Below are positions 48,233 through 57,124 of a stretch of DNA of 64,000 nt, piece by piece; position 1 is the stretch's first letter, and every line of letters starts with the position of its first letter. Position numbers and translations under genes: made by a program. Source of the DNA: Candidatus Limnocylindrus sp. ZSMar2m-chloro-G89 (GTDB lineage Bacteria; Chloroflexota; Limnocylindria; Limnocylindrales; Limnocylindraceae); assembly GCA_003670475.1 (NCBI GenBank), contig QWRJ01000002.1:34240-98239 (forward strand), given 5' to 3'. Below the pieces are notes generated by a model that saw only the letters and a list, made by a program, of their open reading frames with translations, was not told the DNA's origin and ran no database searches.

Positions 48233-49231
48233 CTAGTGCCACTCCCCTGTTGGAGCGCGGCCCAAAAGTCCTTGGGCGAGACGCTCAATAGAGACGCCGT
48301 GTTCAAGTGCGGCAACCACCGCGGCGGTGATGGGAATCTCCACGCCGAGCTTTGCGGCGAGCTGTAGCGCGCCATGCGCGGTAGGGATCCCCTCAACGGT
48401 CGCGCCGATCTTCTCCACGGCGGCAGCGACGGGCATTCCAGAGGCGAGCAGCTCGCCAAGACGTGCATTGCGCGAGCCGGTATTTGATGCGGTGAGCGCA
48501 AGGTCACCAATGCCGGCGAGTCCGAAGGCGGTTTCGCTGCGTCCACCGCACGCCTCAGCGAGTCGCGCCATCTCCGCAACACCACGCGCTAAGAGGGCGG
48601 CGGCGGCATTCTCACCGTAGCCGAGAGAGCGGATAGCGCTCACGGCGATCGCGAGCACATTCTTCAGCGATCCTGAGATCTCAACGCCGATCGGGTCATC
48701 GCTCAGGTAGAGGCGGAACGTGGGGCGGGCAAGGAGTTGCAGCACTGCGTCGCGGCCCTCACCACGTGCGGCGAGTACCGCTGCGGCCGGCTTCCCTGCG
48801 GCGATCTCCCCTGCAAGGTTCGGCCCAGAGAGGATCAGGATGGATGCCGGATTGGCCCCAGCGGCAGCCGCAGACTCCGAGGTGCGCTCCCCCTCTCGGC
48901 TGAGCCCCTTGGAGGCGATCACGATCTTCGCGGCGCCAGCCCCTGCACGCGGCAGAGCGTGTCGAATTGCGTCTGACGGCACGGCGATCACCAGAAGGTC
49001 CCCTGCGCCGAGTGGAGCAAGCTCCTCTTCAGTTGAGCGCACGCGGACCGATGGAGAGAGCGTGGCGCCAGCAAGGCGGCGGGGATTCTGATGGCTCGCG
49101 GAGATCGCCGCCGCCTCAGCGGCGGTGTGTGCGATCAGCTCAATCTCGGCGGTGGGTGTGCCTTCTTGCGGATGGCTCCAGAGTGCGGCGAGCGCGGTCC
49201 CCCAGGCGCCAGCGCCAAGGATGCGAATCAT
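48233..49231 (-). CDS. gpsA: NAD(P)H-dependent glycerol-3-phosphate dehydrogenase
   Basis: ILGAGAWGTALA Rossmann N-terminus; GpsA core. Confidence 0.9.
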   Translation of the reverse strand: MIRILGAGAWGTALAALWSHPQEGTPTAEIELIAHTAAEAAAISASHQNPRRLAGATLSPSVRVRSTEEELAPLGAGDLLVIAVPSDAIRHALPRAGAGAAKIVIASKGLSREGERTSESAAAAGANPASILILSGPNLAGEIAAGKPAAAVLAARGEGRDAVLQLLARPTFRLYLSDDPIGVEISGSLKNVLAIAVSAIRSLGYGENAAAALLARGVAEMARLAEACGGRSETAFGLAGIGDLALTASNTGSRNARLGELLASGMPVAAAVEKIGATVEGIPTAHGALQLAAKLGVEIPITAAVVAALEHGVSIERLAQGLLGRAPTGEWH

Positions 49232-50664
49232 CGAGAGCCGCCTCCGGTGCGCCCGCCACCCTTGCCACGCTCACGACCCTCTTCGGCGGAGCGCTCGCGC
49301 ACCACGATCCGGATCGGCGTGCCGTTGAGCGGGTAGCGCTCACGAATCTGATTCTCAAGGAAGCGCTGCCAGCTGAAGTGCACCTGCGCTGCGTTGCGGG
49401 CGAAGAGGACAAAGGTGGGGGGCGGCGTGGCCGCCTGCGCCGCGTAGAGGATCTTCGGTCGCTTACTCCCGCTATGCACCGGCCCCTGCCGAGCGACCGC
49501 CTCGGCGACTAGGCGATTCAGCGCGCCTGTTGGGATGCGCAGCTGCCGCGCGTCAGCCGCCGCGATCGCCGCATCAAGCACCTTCGTGGCGCGAAGTCCG
49601 GTCAGTGCAGAGATGGAGACGATCGTCGCAAAGTCAAGGAAGGGCGCCTGGCGGCGAATCAGGCCCATCGCCGTGTCAAAGGTGAAACCGTCTTTATCAA
49701 CCAGGTCCCACTTATTCATCACGATGACGAGCCCCTTCCCAGCGTCAATCACCGAACCCGCTACATGAAGGTCCTGCGCCTGGAGTCCTGTCGATGCGTC
49801 AATGATCAGCAGCGCAACATCGGCGCGATCAAGGGCCGCGACGGAACGGACGGTGGCGTACTTCTCTGCAACAGGTCCTGAAGCGATCTTGCCGCGACGC
49901 TTGATCCCCGCCGTGTCAACGAGCGTGATGTGACGGCCGGCGTGTTCAATCTGGTCATCGATCGCGTCGCGCGTTGTTCCTGGCACATCGCTCACCACCG
50001 TTCGCTCCTCGCCGAGGAGTTGGTTTAGGAGGCTCGACTTACCAACGTTTGGGCGACCAACAATCGCCACCGTTACTTCGCCCTCGCGTGTCTGCACGCC
50101 ACTATCCACAGGGAGGCCGCGCAGGCTCTCAATAAGCACGTCAAGCAGGTCGCCCGAGCCGATCCCATGCTGCGCGCTGACTGGATAAATCGCATCAAAG
50201 CCGAGTGAGGCAAACTCGTGCGAAGCGCGCTCGCGATCAATGTTGTCCGCCTTATTCGCGGCGAGGAGGATCGGCTTCCCGCTCTTGCGCAGCAGTAGCG
50301 CCACCTCGGCGTCGCCTGGGTTTGGGCCGGTTGCGGCATCCACCACCAGGATGATGAGATCGGCGTTCGTTACGGCGATCCGCGCCTGATCCTGTACCGC
50401 GACGTCAATCACGTCCCCCTGTGACGGTTGCATCCCGCCAGTGTCAACGAGACGGAAGCGGAAGCCGTTCCAGTCGGCGATTGCGATCAGTCGATCGCGT
50501 GTTGTCCCTGCGCGATCCTCAACCACGGCGCGGCGCTCGCCAACGAAACGATTGAAGAGCGTACTCTTCCCAACGTTCGGGCGGCCAACCAGTGCAACGA
50601 GCGGCAGTCGCTCCTGCGTGATCTCCTCCACCGCGATCCCTGCGCGCTCAGAGCGCCGGGTCAC
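49228..50664 (-). CDS. der: Ribosome-biogenesis GTPase Der/EngA (tandem GTPase domains + KH-like)
   Basis: Two G domains (GRPNVGKS x2). Confidence 0.9.
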   Translation of the reverse strand: MTRRSERAGIAVEEITQERLPLVALVGRPNVGKSTLFNRFVGERRAVVEDRAGTTRDRLIAIADWNGFRFRLVDTGGMQPSQGDVIDVAVQDQARIAVTNADLIILVVDAATGPNPGDAEVALLLRKSGKPILLAANKADNIDRERASHEFASLGFDAIYPVSAQHGIGSGDLLDVLIESLRGLPVDSGVQTREGEVTVAIVGRPNVGKSSLLNQLLGEERTVVSDVPGTTRDAIDDQIEHAGRHITLVDTAGIKRRGKIASGPVAEKYATVRSVAALDRADVALLIIDASTGLQAQDLHVAGSVIDAGKGLVIVMNKWDLVDKDGFTFDTAMGLIRRQAPFLDFATIVSISALTGLRATKVLDAAIAAADARQLRIPTGALNRLVAEAVARQGPVHSGSKRPKILYAAQAATPPPTFVLFARNAAQVHFSWQRFLENQIRERYPLNGTPIRIVVRERSAEEGRERGKGGGRTGGGSR

Positions 50665-51617
50665 TGGGTGTCCGAAGTGCTAAGTGATGTGGTGCGGTAC
50701 TGCGGCGTTGCCGCGGCGGCGAGCGCCTCATGCGCAATCTCTGCTGCCTTGACCTTCATGCCCTCCGTGCCAGCAAGCTGAACGATGGTTCGAACGACCA
50801 CCTCAAGGTCTTCAATCGGGGTGCTCGTGCCACCGGTTACCCCCACACGCTTCACGCCAGAAAACTGTGCCGCATCGGTGAGATCCTTGGCAGATTCGAT
50901 CTGTAGTGCGCGCGTCCCATTGATCTCGCAGAGTCGCGTCAACTCTTTTGTGTTGGCGCTCTTGCTCCCGCCAACAACGACCATCAGGTCAACCTCTCGC
51001 GCCGCCTCCAGCGTGTCCTCTTGACGACGGATGGTGACGGGGCAGACGGTGTTTACCACCTTGAGTTCATGACAGCGTGAGACCATGAAGGCGGCGAGGC
51101 GCTCAAACTTCCATGGCGGTTGCGTTGACTGCGTGATCAGCGCCATCCGCTTTCGGCGTGGGATCTTGACCCAGTCCTCCTCTTCGTCAACCAGGATTGC
51201 GTTCGGCGCGAATCCAAGGAGCCCCACAACCTCCGGGTGGTTCGGCGTTCCAAGGAGCACAATGTCGTACCCCTCGTCCACGAGCTTCGCCAACTCACGA
51301 TGCTCCTGCACCACCCAGGTGCAGGTCCCGTCAATCACCTCAAGGCCACGACTCACTGCACGCTCCAGCACTTCAGGGGTGACGCCATGTGCGCGGATCA
51401 CCACCGCCGCACCCTCCTTCACCTGATCAAGGCTCTCAACGTTTTCAATGCCGCGCTGATGCAGGTCGGCGATCAGCCCCTCGTTGTGCACCACATGGCC
51501 GAGCGTGTGGGTCGCCTTCCCCTCCGCACTCGCAAGTTTCGCCTTATCAATCGCCTCACGGACGCCATAACAGACGCCGGTACGGCGGGCGATACTGATG
51601 CTCTCAACGCTTCCCAT
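50661..51617 (-). CDS. ispH: 4-hydroxy-3-methylbut-2-enyl diphosphate reductase
   Basis: CYGVREAI..., conserved Cys ligands (GTCTWV; NTVCPV). Confidence 0.9.
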   Translation of the reverse strand: MGSVESISIARRTGVCYGVREAIDKAKLASAEGKATHTLGHVVHNEGLIADLHQRGIENVESLDQVKEGAAVVIRAHGVTPEVLERAVSRGLEVIDGTCTWVVQEHRELAKLVDEGYDIVLLGTPNHPEVVGLLGFAPNAILVDEEEDWVKIPRRKRMALITQSTQPPWKFERLAAFMVSRCHELKVVNTVCPVTIRRQEDTLEAAREVDLMVVVGGSKSANTKELTRLCEINGTRALQIESAKDLTDAAQFSGVKRVGVTGGTSTPIEDLEVVVRTIVQLAGTEGMKVKAAEIAHEALAAAATPQYRTTSLSTSDTQ

Positions 51618-51716
51618 GCGCCGATTATCCCCTAGTCGGCTCCTCGGAGTCCCAGCCACGCGTCAGGCGGCGCGCAGGAGGCTCTCTGGGCCCCCAGCAG
51701 GGGCGAAACCTGCGGC

Positions 51717-52370
51717 TTAGGGGCGGCGGTAGTCGGCGGGGAGGAGGGCTGCGACTGCGTCGTGGATCGCTGCGCTCACCGTGGCGAGCTCTGGGCGCTC
51801 ACCCACTGGGTGCGTGAAGCGGAGTGGTGCGCCGATCGTCAAACGCACCTGGTCTACGCGGCGTGGGAGCAGTGCGCCTGGCGCCCACATCCGCTCCGTT
51901 CCACTCACCGCAACGGGGAGGACTGGTACGCCGCTGCGCAGCGCCAACAGCGCAACGCCATCACGGAATTCGCCGATGCGCCCATCTCGTGAGCGCGTCC
52001 CCTCTGGATAGATGCCGAGCACCTGGCCGTTACGCAGCACACTCTCCGCTAAGCGGAAGGCTTCGAGATCGGCGCTCCCCCTGCGCACACCGAAGACACC
52101 GTTGATGCGCAGGAAGCTCCCGAGGAGCGGCCAACGCAGCGCCTCCGCCTTCCCCATCCAATTGATGGCGCGGCCCGTTGCTGGCGTCAGCCAACAAGCG
52201 AGAAAGACAGGGTCAACCCAGGAGATATGGTTGCCAGCAAGGATGAAACCACCTTGGCGCGGAAGGTGCTCGAGTCCATCGACAGCCACCTCGCGTGCAA
52301 GGCGCCGAATCACCCATGCGCCGAACGCATCGGAGAGTCGCATGCCGAGTGGTGGACGCTCCAGCCCCAT
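51717..52370 (-). CDS. plsC: 1-acyl-sn-glycerol-3-phosphate acyltransferase
   Basis: NHISWVDP (HxxxxD) and YPEGTRS motifs. Confidence 0.8.
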   Translation of the reverse strand: MGLERPPLGMRLSDAFGAWVIRRLAREVAVDGLEHLPRQGGFILAGNHISWVDPVFLACWLTPATGRAINWMGKAEALRWPLLGSFLRINGVFGVRRGSADLEAFRLAESVLRNGQVLGIYPEGTRSRDGRIGEFRDGVALLALRSGVPVLPVAVSGTERMWAPGALLPRRVDQVRLTIGAPLRFTHPVGERPELATVSAAIHDAVAALLPADYRRP

Positions 52371-52377
52371 CTGCGCG

Positions 52378-53064
52378 CTAGCGACGAACCTGGCGCACGA
52401 TCAGGTCAACCACGTCAGTGAGACCGAGATCGTCGGTCAGAATGACCTGCGCATCGTCGGCGGCGCGAAGTGGCGCAACGGCTCTCGTGCGATCCTCCTG
52501 ATCTCGTGCCACAAGGCTCCGCAGTGCTTCGTGATGCTCGACTGATTCCGCCGCATATCCACGCTGCAGCGCCCGACGCAGCGCCCTCGCCTCAGCAGAT
52601 GCGTCAAGGAAGAACTTATGGCGCGCTTCTGGATAAACAACCGTCCCAATATCTCGCCCGGCCAAGACCACACCACCACGCATCGCAATCTCGCGTTGAA
52701 TGGTGCGCAGTGCGGCTCGCACATCTGCGAGAGCAGCAACGGCGGCAACCGCCCGCTCCACCGCCTCGCTCTCGAGTTCGCTCGCAGCAAAGTTCCGGTC
52801 ATCAACAATGATTGAGGCACCGCCGCTCTCAAGGTCAACGTCGGTAAGGTGCGCGAGCTGCACCACCTGCTCAATCTGTGCCGCACTCAACTTGTCAGAT
52901 CCAGCCAGCGCATCGAGCTGCGCGCCCGCATCGAGCGCTGCGCGTGTGACGGCGCGGTAGAGCAGTCCAGTGTCGAGGAAGCCGTAGCCGAGCTCTGCCG
53001 CAACTCGTGTGCCGACGCTACTCTTCCCGCTTGAGGCGGGTCCGTCGATTGCAACCTGTGTCAT
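52378..53064 (-). CDS. cmk: Cytidylate kinase
   Basis: IAIDGPASSGKSS P-loop. Confidence 0.9.
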   Translation of the reverse strand: MTQVAIDGPASSGKSSVGTRVAAELGYGFLDTGLLYRAVTRAALDAGAQLDALAGSDKLSAAQIEQVVQLAHLTDVDLESGGASIIVDDRNFAASELESEAVERAVAAVAALADVRAALRTIQREIAMRGGVVLAGRDIGTVVYPEARHKFFLDASAEARALRRALQRGYAAESVEHHEALRSLVARDQEDRTRAVAPLRAADDAQVILTDDLGLTDVVDLIVRQVRR

Positions 53065-53076
53065 CGTCGCACTCGC

Positions 53077-53904
53077 TCAGCCCGCAGCGCGGCTGCCGAC
53101 CGCAAGGAGGATGCTGCCGAGCTCCCTGCGCTCGTCTGCCTCAAGCGGCCGTGATGCGCCAACCTGAATTCCTGCGAGATGGACGGGGCCAAAGGAGATG
53201 CGGATCAGGCGACGAACCGGCCGACTAATCGCACCGTAGAGGCGGCGAACCTCATGGTGGCGCCCTTCGCCGAGTGCGATGTAACTCCACTGTGCGGGAT
53301 CGGACCCGTCATCAAGCACATCCGCTGGGAGTTGGTCTTCTGGTCGAATGTCGCGCGCATCAAGCGCACGCGCCCAGCCATCTGTGAGGCGAATGCCCGC
53401 GCGGAGTCGTGTCTGCTCTGCGTGACCGAGCGGCTGGTCACACATCACCGCGTACCCGCGCTGGAGCCCAGCACGTGGATGTGCAATTGGTGAGACGAGT
53501 CGACGTTCTGGCGTAAGCAGAAGCAGCCCCTCACTCTCACGGTCGAGCCGGCCGATAGAGAGCATGCGCGTCGCACGCTCTTCGCCAAAGAGTGGTGTCA
53601 GCGCCTGCGGCAGCGTGATCTCGGCGTGTGGATCGGCGTGTGTGGTGGTCACCCCCCACGGCTTATGCCAAGCGAGGAGTTCGGCGCCACCGAGTGGATC
53701 GCTCGTGTCGACTACGATTGCGCTACGAGCCTGTAACGACTCTCCGTCAAGCTCGAGTGGCGTTGAGGGCTCAAAGCGCTCGCCGAGCTCTACCTTTCGC
53801 CCAGCGCTCGTGACACGCTGCGCAGCGATCGCAGCGTCTGCGCCGCGGCGGGAGAGTCCAGAGCGTTCGGCAACGAGGACGTTGACGCGGATGAGGTCAG
53901 TCAG
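53077..53904 (-). CDS. rluB: Pseudouridine synthase RluB/RsuA family (S4 + catalytic domain); start probably CTG at 53904
   Basis: S4 domain (LIRVNVLVAERSGLSRRGA), GRLDRESEGLLLLT catalytic motif; AAGGAG SD 6 nt before a CTG that overlaps the scpB stop (CTGACTGA); ORF-track ATG 54027 overlaps scpB by 130 nt. Confidence 0.75.
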   Translation of the reverse strand: MTDLIRVNVLVAERSGLSRRGADAAIAAQRVTSAGRKVELGERFEPSTPLELDGESLQARSAIVVDTSDPLGGAELLAWHKPWGVTTTHADPHAEITLPQALTPLFGEERATRMLSIGRLDRESEGLLLLTPERRLVSPIAHPRAGLQRGYAVMCDQPLGHAEQTRLRAGIRLTDGWARALDARDIRPEDQLPADVLDDGSDPAQWSYIALGEGRHHEVRRLYGAISRPVRRLIRISFGPVHLAGIQVGASRPLEADERRELGSILLAVGSRAAG

Positions 53905-54559
53905 CGAGCGCTCCTTCGCCAGCCGGCGAACTTGGCCCTTCGGCGTCGTCCGTATCCGCCGCCCCCCTACCACCTGGCGCTTCGCTGGCGAGTTGCAGGT
54001 GGAGGAGTGATTCAGCATCCCCTTCAAGTGCGGGGAGATCGGTCAACGAAGAGAGTCCAAACTTCCGCAAGAACTCGAGCGTTGTTGCGTAACGGTGCGG
54101 GCGCCCAGCGGTCTCAAGGCGATCAACCTCCTCAATGAGGCCACGCTCAAGCAAGACGCGAAGGCCGTAGTCGGCATCAACGCCGCGGATCTCTTCAATC
54201 CCCGCCTTCGTCACCGGCTGCCGATAGGCAATCACGGTGAGCGTCTCTAGTGGGGCTGCGGTCATATCGGAACCGCCAGTGCCGATCCATGCCAACACGG
54301 CGCGCGCCTGCTCTGGGCCACTCGTCAGCTGCAACTCATCGCCGTGCGTCAGCAGGGTGATCCCACGGCTGGTGAGGCCCTTCTGCAGTTCGGTCACTAG
54401 TCGGTCGAATGCGGCGCGATCCGCCTCAAGCAGTTTCGCCGCCTCCTTACGTGTCAGGGGTCGATCGACAACGAAGAGGAGTGCCTCAAGGTCTGCGGCG
54501 GTTGCGGGGTGTGTGCGCTCAGGGAGGTTCACCTTCGCCTGGCGCTTCTCGTCGCTCAT
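53897..54559 (-). CDS. scpB: Segregation and condensation protein B
   Basis: ScpB winged-helix repeats (LEALLFVVDRPL...). Confidence 0.85.
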   Translation of the reverse strand: MSDEKRQAKVNLPERTHPATAADLEALLFVVDRPLTRKEAAKLLEADRAAFDRLVTELQKGLTSRGITLLTHGDELQLTSGPEQARAVLAWIGTGGSDMTAAPLETLTVIAYRQPVTKAGIEEIRGVDADYGLRVLLERGLIEEVDRLETAGRPHRYATTLEFLRKFGLSSLTDLPALEGDAESLLHLQLASEAPGGRGAADTDDAEGPSSPAGEGALAD

Positions 54560-54590
54560 CGCTCCTCCTCTTGCATAGATCACTCGCTCG

Positions 54591-55448
54591 CTATGCGCTC
54601 GCGCGCTCGGTAATGATGATCGGTCCCCAGAGAGTCTGCTGGCTCACCTCAACTTCATGGCGCTTTGAGAGTTCCAGGAGGGCGAGGAAGGTCACGGCAA
54701 TGAACGAACGATCCTTACGGCCGCCGAGGAGTGTCTCGAGATCAACGCCAACAAGTCCGTTGAGCCGCACCGCTTCACGGATCGCGGCGAGCCGGTCACC
54801 AATAGAAACCTTCAGGCCGACTGGTGCCATCGCCAGCGCGGCGAGTGGGCGCCGGCGCGCGGCAATTCTGGACATCGCGCGAGCGAGTCGACGCGGGTCG
54901 GACTGCACCGGAACGAGTGGCTCGGTGAAGACCGGCTTCGGCTGCGGCAGGAGGCGTGTCGGCTGCTCACGCTGCCAGAGCGGCATCAGCATGCGATCGC
55001 CAAGCACGCGCGCAGCATCGCGGAAGACGCGGTAGCGCACCAGTCGCGCACGCAGATCGACCGCGTCATCAACATCATCAAGATCGTTCGCCTCAAGCGC
55101 CGCTGCCGTGATCGGTCGCGGTAGAAGGGCGCGACTCTTCAACACGATGAGCTGCGCTGCAACCGAGACGAATGCAGAGAGTGTCTCTAGGCGATCGTCT
55201 GGGATCTCTGCGAAGAAGCGGAGGAACTCGTCGGCGAACGGTGCAAGCGGAACGCGGCAGACATCAAGTTCGTCGCGCTCGATGAGCGCCAGGAGAAGAC
55301 CGTACGGGCCGCTGAATTCACCGAGCGCCACATAGGAGCGGGTGCGACCGAAGAGGCCACCCTGCTCACGGCGGAAGACGACCCCCTCAATATCAGCAAC
55401 GGCGGGATCCGGAAGTTCAAACCCCTCTGCAATCACCGAACGGTTCAT
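54591..55448 (-). CDS. scpA: Segregation and condensation protein A
   Basis: ScpA kleisin family similarity; GGGAGGGGGGA SD. Confidence 0.85.
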   Translation of the reverse strand: MNRSVIAEGFELPDPAVADIEGVVFRREQGGLFGRTRSYVALGEFSGPYGLLLALIERDELDVCRVPLAPFADEFLRFFAEIPDDRLETLSAFVSVAAQLIVLKSRALLPRPITAAALEANDLDDVDDAVDLRARLVRYRVFRDAARVLGDRMLMPLWQREQPTRLLPQPKPVFTEPLVPVQSDPRRLARAMSRIAARRRPLAALAMAPVGLKVSIGDRLAAIREAVRLNGLVGVDLETLLGGRKDRSFIAVTFLALLELSKRHEVEVSQQTLWGPIIITERASA

Positions 55449-55524
55449 CTCACTCCCCCCTCCCGCCTCAGGTGAGAGGATACGCGCACCGCGCCGCTCG
55501 CGGGGGCAGGGAGCGCGCCGCGGC

Positions 55525-56166
55525 TCATTCAGGGCCTAACAGGAGTTCCGTTAGACCGAAGCTGAGGCTACCGAGAAGGCTGCCAAGCGGGGTGAAGAAG
55601 ATGATCGCAATCACGATCGGGAAGGCGAAGCGTGAGGCGCTCACCCCCTCTACTTGATCAGCGAGGCGTGGGGAGAGTAACCCGAGCAGGCCGACGAGGA
55701 CCGCGCGTCCATCAAAAGGCGGGATCGGCAGCAGGTTCAGGAAGAAGAGTGCCACGTTGTAGTAGGTGAAATACAGCAGGAAGAAAGCGATGAAATCTGG
55801 CAGCAAGGGGCCATCAAGGACGCGGTAGAGTCCCGCAACCACTACGGCAAGGAGGAGGTTGCTAATCGGCCCAGCGAGCGCCACGGTTGCCCATCCAAGA
55901 GCGCCGCCTCGTAAACTTTGGGGCAACACTGGCGTCGGCTTTGCCCAACCAATCATCCAGCCCCCAGAGATCGCAGAGAGGATAAGAAGTCCGGCTCCGA
56001 GTGGATCAATGTGCCGACGCGGATCAAGCGAAACACGGCCGAGGGCACGCGCATGTCCATCACCCAGCCGCCACGCTGTGGCGGCGTGCGCCGCTTCATG
56101 AACAGGGAAGCTAATGATCAATAGAAGCACCGCTGCGGCAAGGGAACCAATCGTCTCTGCGTCCAT
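55525..56166 (-). CDS. Site-2 protease family (M50) membrane metalloprotease
   Basis: HEAAHA HExxH motif in a TM helix, multiple TM segments. Confidence 0.7.
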   Translation of the reverse strand: MDAETIGSLAAAVLLLIISFPVHEAAHAATAWRLGDGHARALGRVSLDPRRHIDPLGAGLLILSAISGGWMIGWAKPTPVLPQSLRGGALGWATVALAGPISNLLLAVVVAGLYRVLDGPLLPDFIAFFLLYFTYYNVALFFLNLLPIPPFDGRAVLVGLLGLLSPRLADQVEGVSASRFAFPIVIAIIFFTPLGSLLGSLSFGLTELLLGPE

Positions 56167-56182
56167 ATCCCAATCCTATCGC

Positions 56183-57124
56183 TTAGGCGCGTGGATGGGC
56201 GCGCTTATACGCGTCGCGGACGTGGCTCCCGAGCAGGTGCGTGTAGAGCTGCGTTGTGGCGATATCGGCGTGCCCGAGCAGTTCTTGGACCACGCGAAGG
56301 TCGGCGCCGCCATCAAGGAGGTGCGTCGCAAACGAGTGCCGCAACGTGTGCGGGTGAATCTCCCTGCCGAGACCGGCGGCACTGGCGGCGGTTCGGATCG
56401 CCGTCCACGCCGCCTCACGGCGAAGGCGAGCGCCACCACGCGCCAGCAGGAGCGCCGATGGCTCAGGGGCTGCGGCACCGCTTCGAGCAGAAGCCCCAGC
56501 ATGCGCGGCGCGTCCTCCGTCTAGATATGTCCGCACAGCATCAGCCGCCGGCTCTCCGATCGGGACCACCCGTTCACGCCGTCCCTTACCAAAAAGTCGC
56601 ACTGTCCCCTCAGCGAGATCAATCCCATCAAGATTGAGATCTACGATCTCGCTGACACGGCCGCCTGATCCGTAGAGCAGCTCGCCGAGTGCACGCGCGC
56701 GCTGCGCATCAGCTGTTGCAAGTTCGCCGCTGTCACGCGGAGCAGCGAGCGCCACCAGTAGTCGTTCCACTTCGTCCGGTCGCAGCACGGCGGGGAGGCT
56801 GCGTCGCGTGCGCGGCAGATCAATCTCGCCACTCAGCGACCGCGTCAGCTCACCCTCCCCCTCTGCAAATCGGTAGAGGACACGGAGCGCTGCGGCGCGG
56901 CGACGCTTGGTGGCGACGGCAACGTTCGCATCGGCCAGCCACTCCTGTGCCGCCTTCGCATCACTGCGCCAAGCCTCTCCCACACCGAGCGATGCGGCAA
57001 ACGAACGGTAGTCGCCACGGTAGGCCTCAAGCGTGCGCGGTGAGAGGTTCCGCTCCACGCTGAGGTAAACGAGGCACGAAGCAATGATGCGATCAAGCGG
57101 ACTACTCGACGCCGTGCCGCTCAT
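56183..57124 (-). CDS. xerD: Tyrosine recombinase XerC/XerD family (chromosome dimer resolution)
   Basis: R...HxxR...Y catalytic residues (HTLRHSFATHLL...LGHADIATTQLYTHL). Confidence 0.8.
   Translation of the reverse strand: MSGTASSSPLDRIIASCLVYLSVERNLSPRTLEAYRGDYRSFAASLGVGEAWRSDAKAAQEWLADANVAVATKRRRAAALRVLYRFAEGEGELTRSLSGEIDLPRTRRSLPAVLRPDEVERLLVALAAPRDSGELATADAQRARALGELLYGSGGRVSEIVDLNLDGIDLAEGTVRLFGKGRRERVVPIGEPAADAVRTYLDGGRAAHAGASARSGAAAPEPSALLLARGGARLRREAAWTAIRTAASAAGLGREIHPHTLRHSFATHLLDGGADLRVVQELLGHADIATTQLYTHLLGSHVRDAYKRAHPRA

Noticed and set aside
56183-57124. Tyrosine recombinase as a sign of a prophage or integrative element near tRNA genes
   Set aside because: It has a XerC/XerD-type architecture in a housekeeping context (recN, scpAB), is not adjacent to any tRNA, and has no flanking phage or conjugation genes. 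It is interpreted as the chromosome-dimer resolvase.
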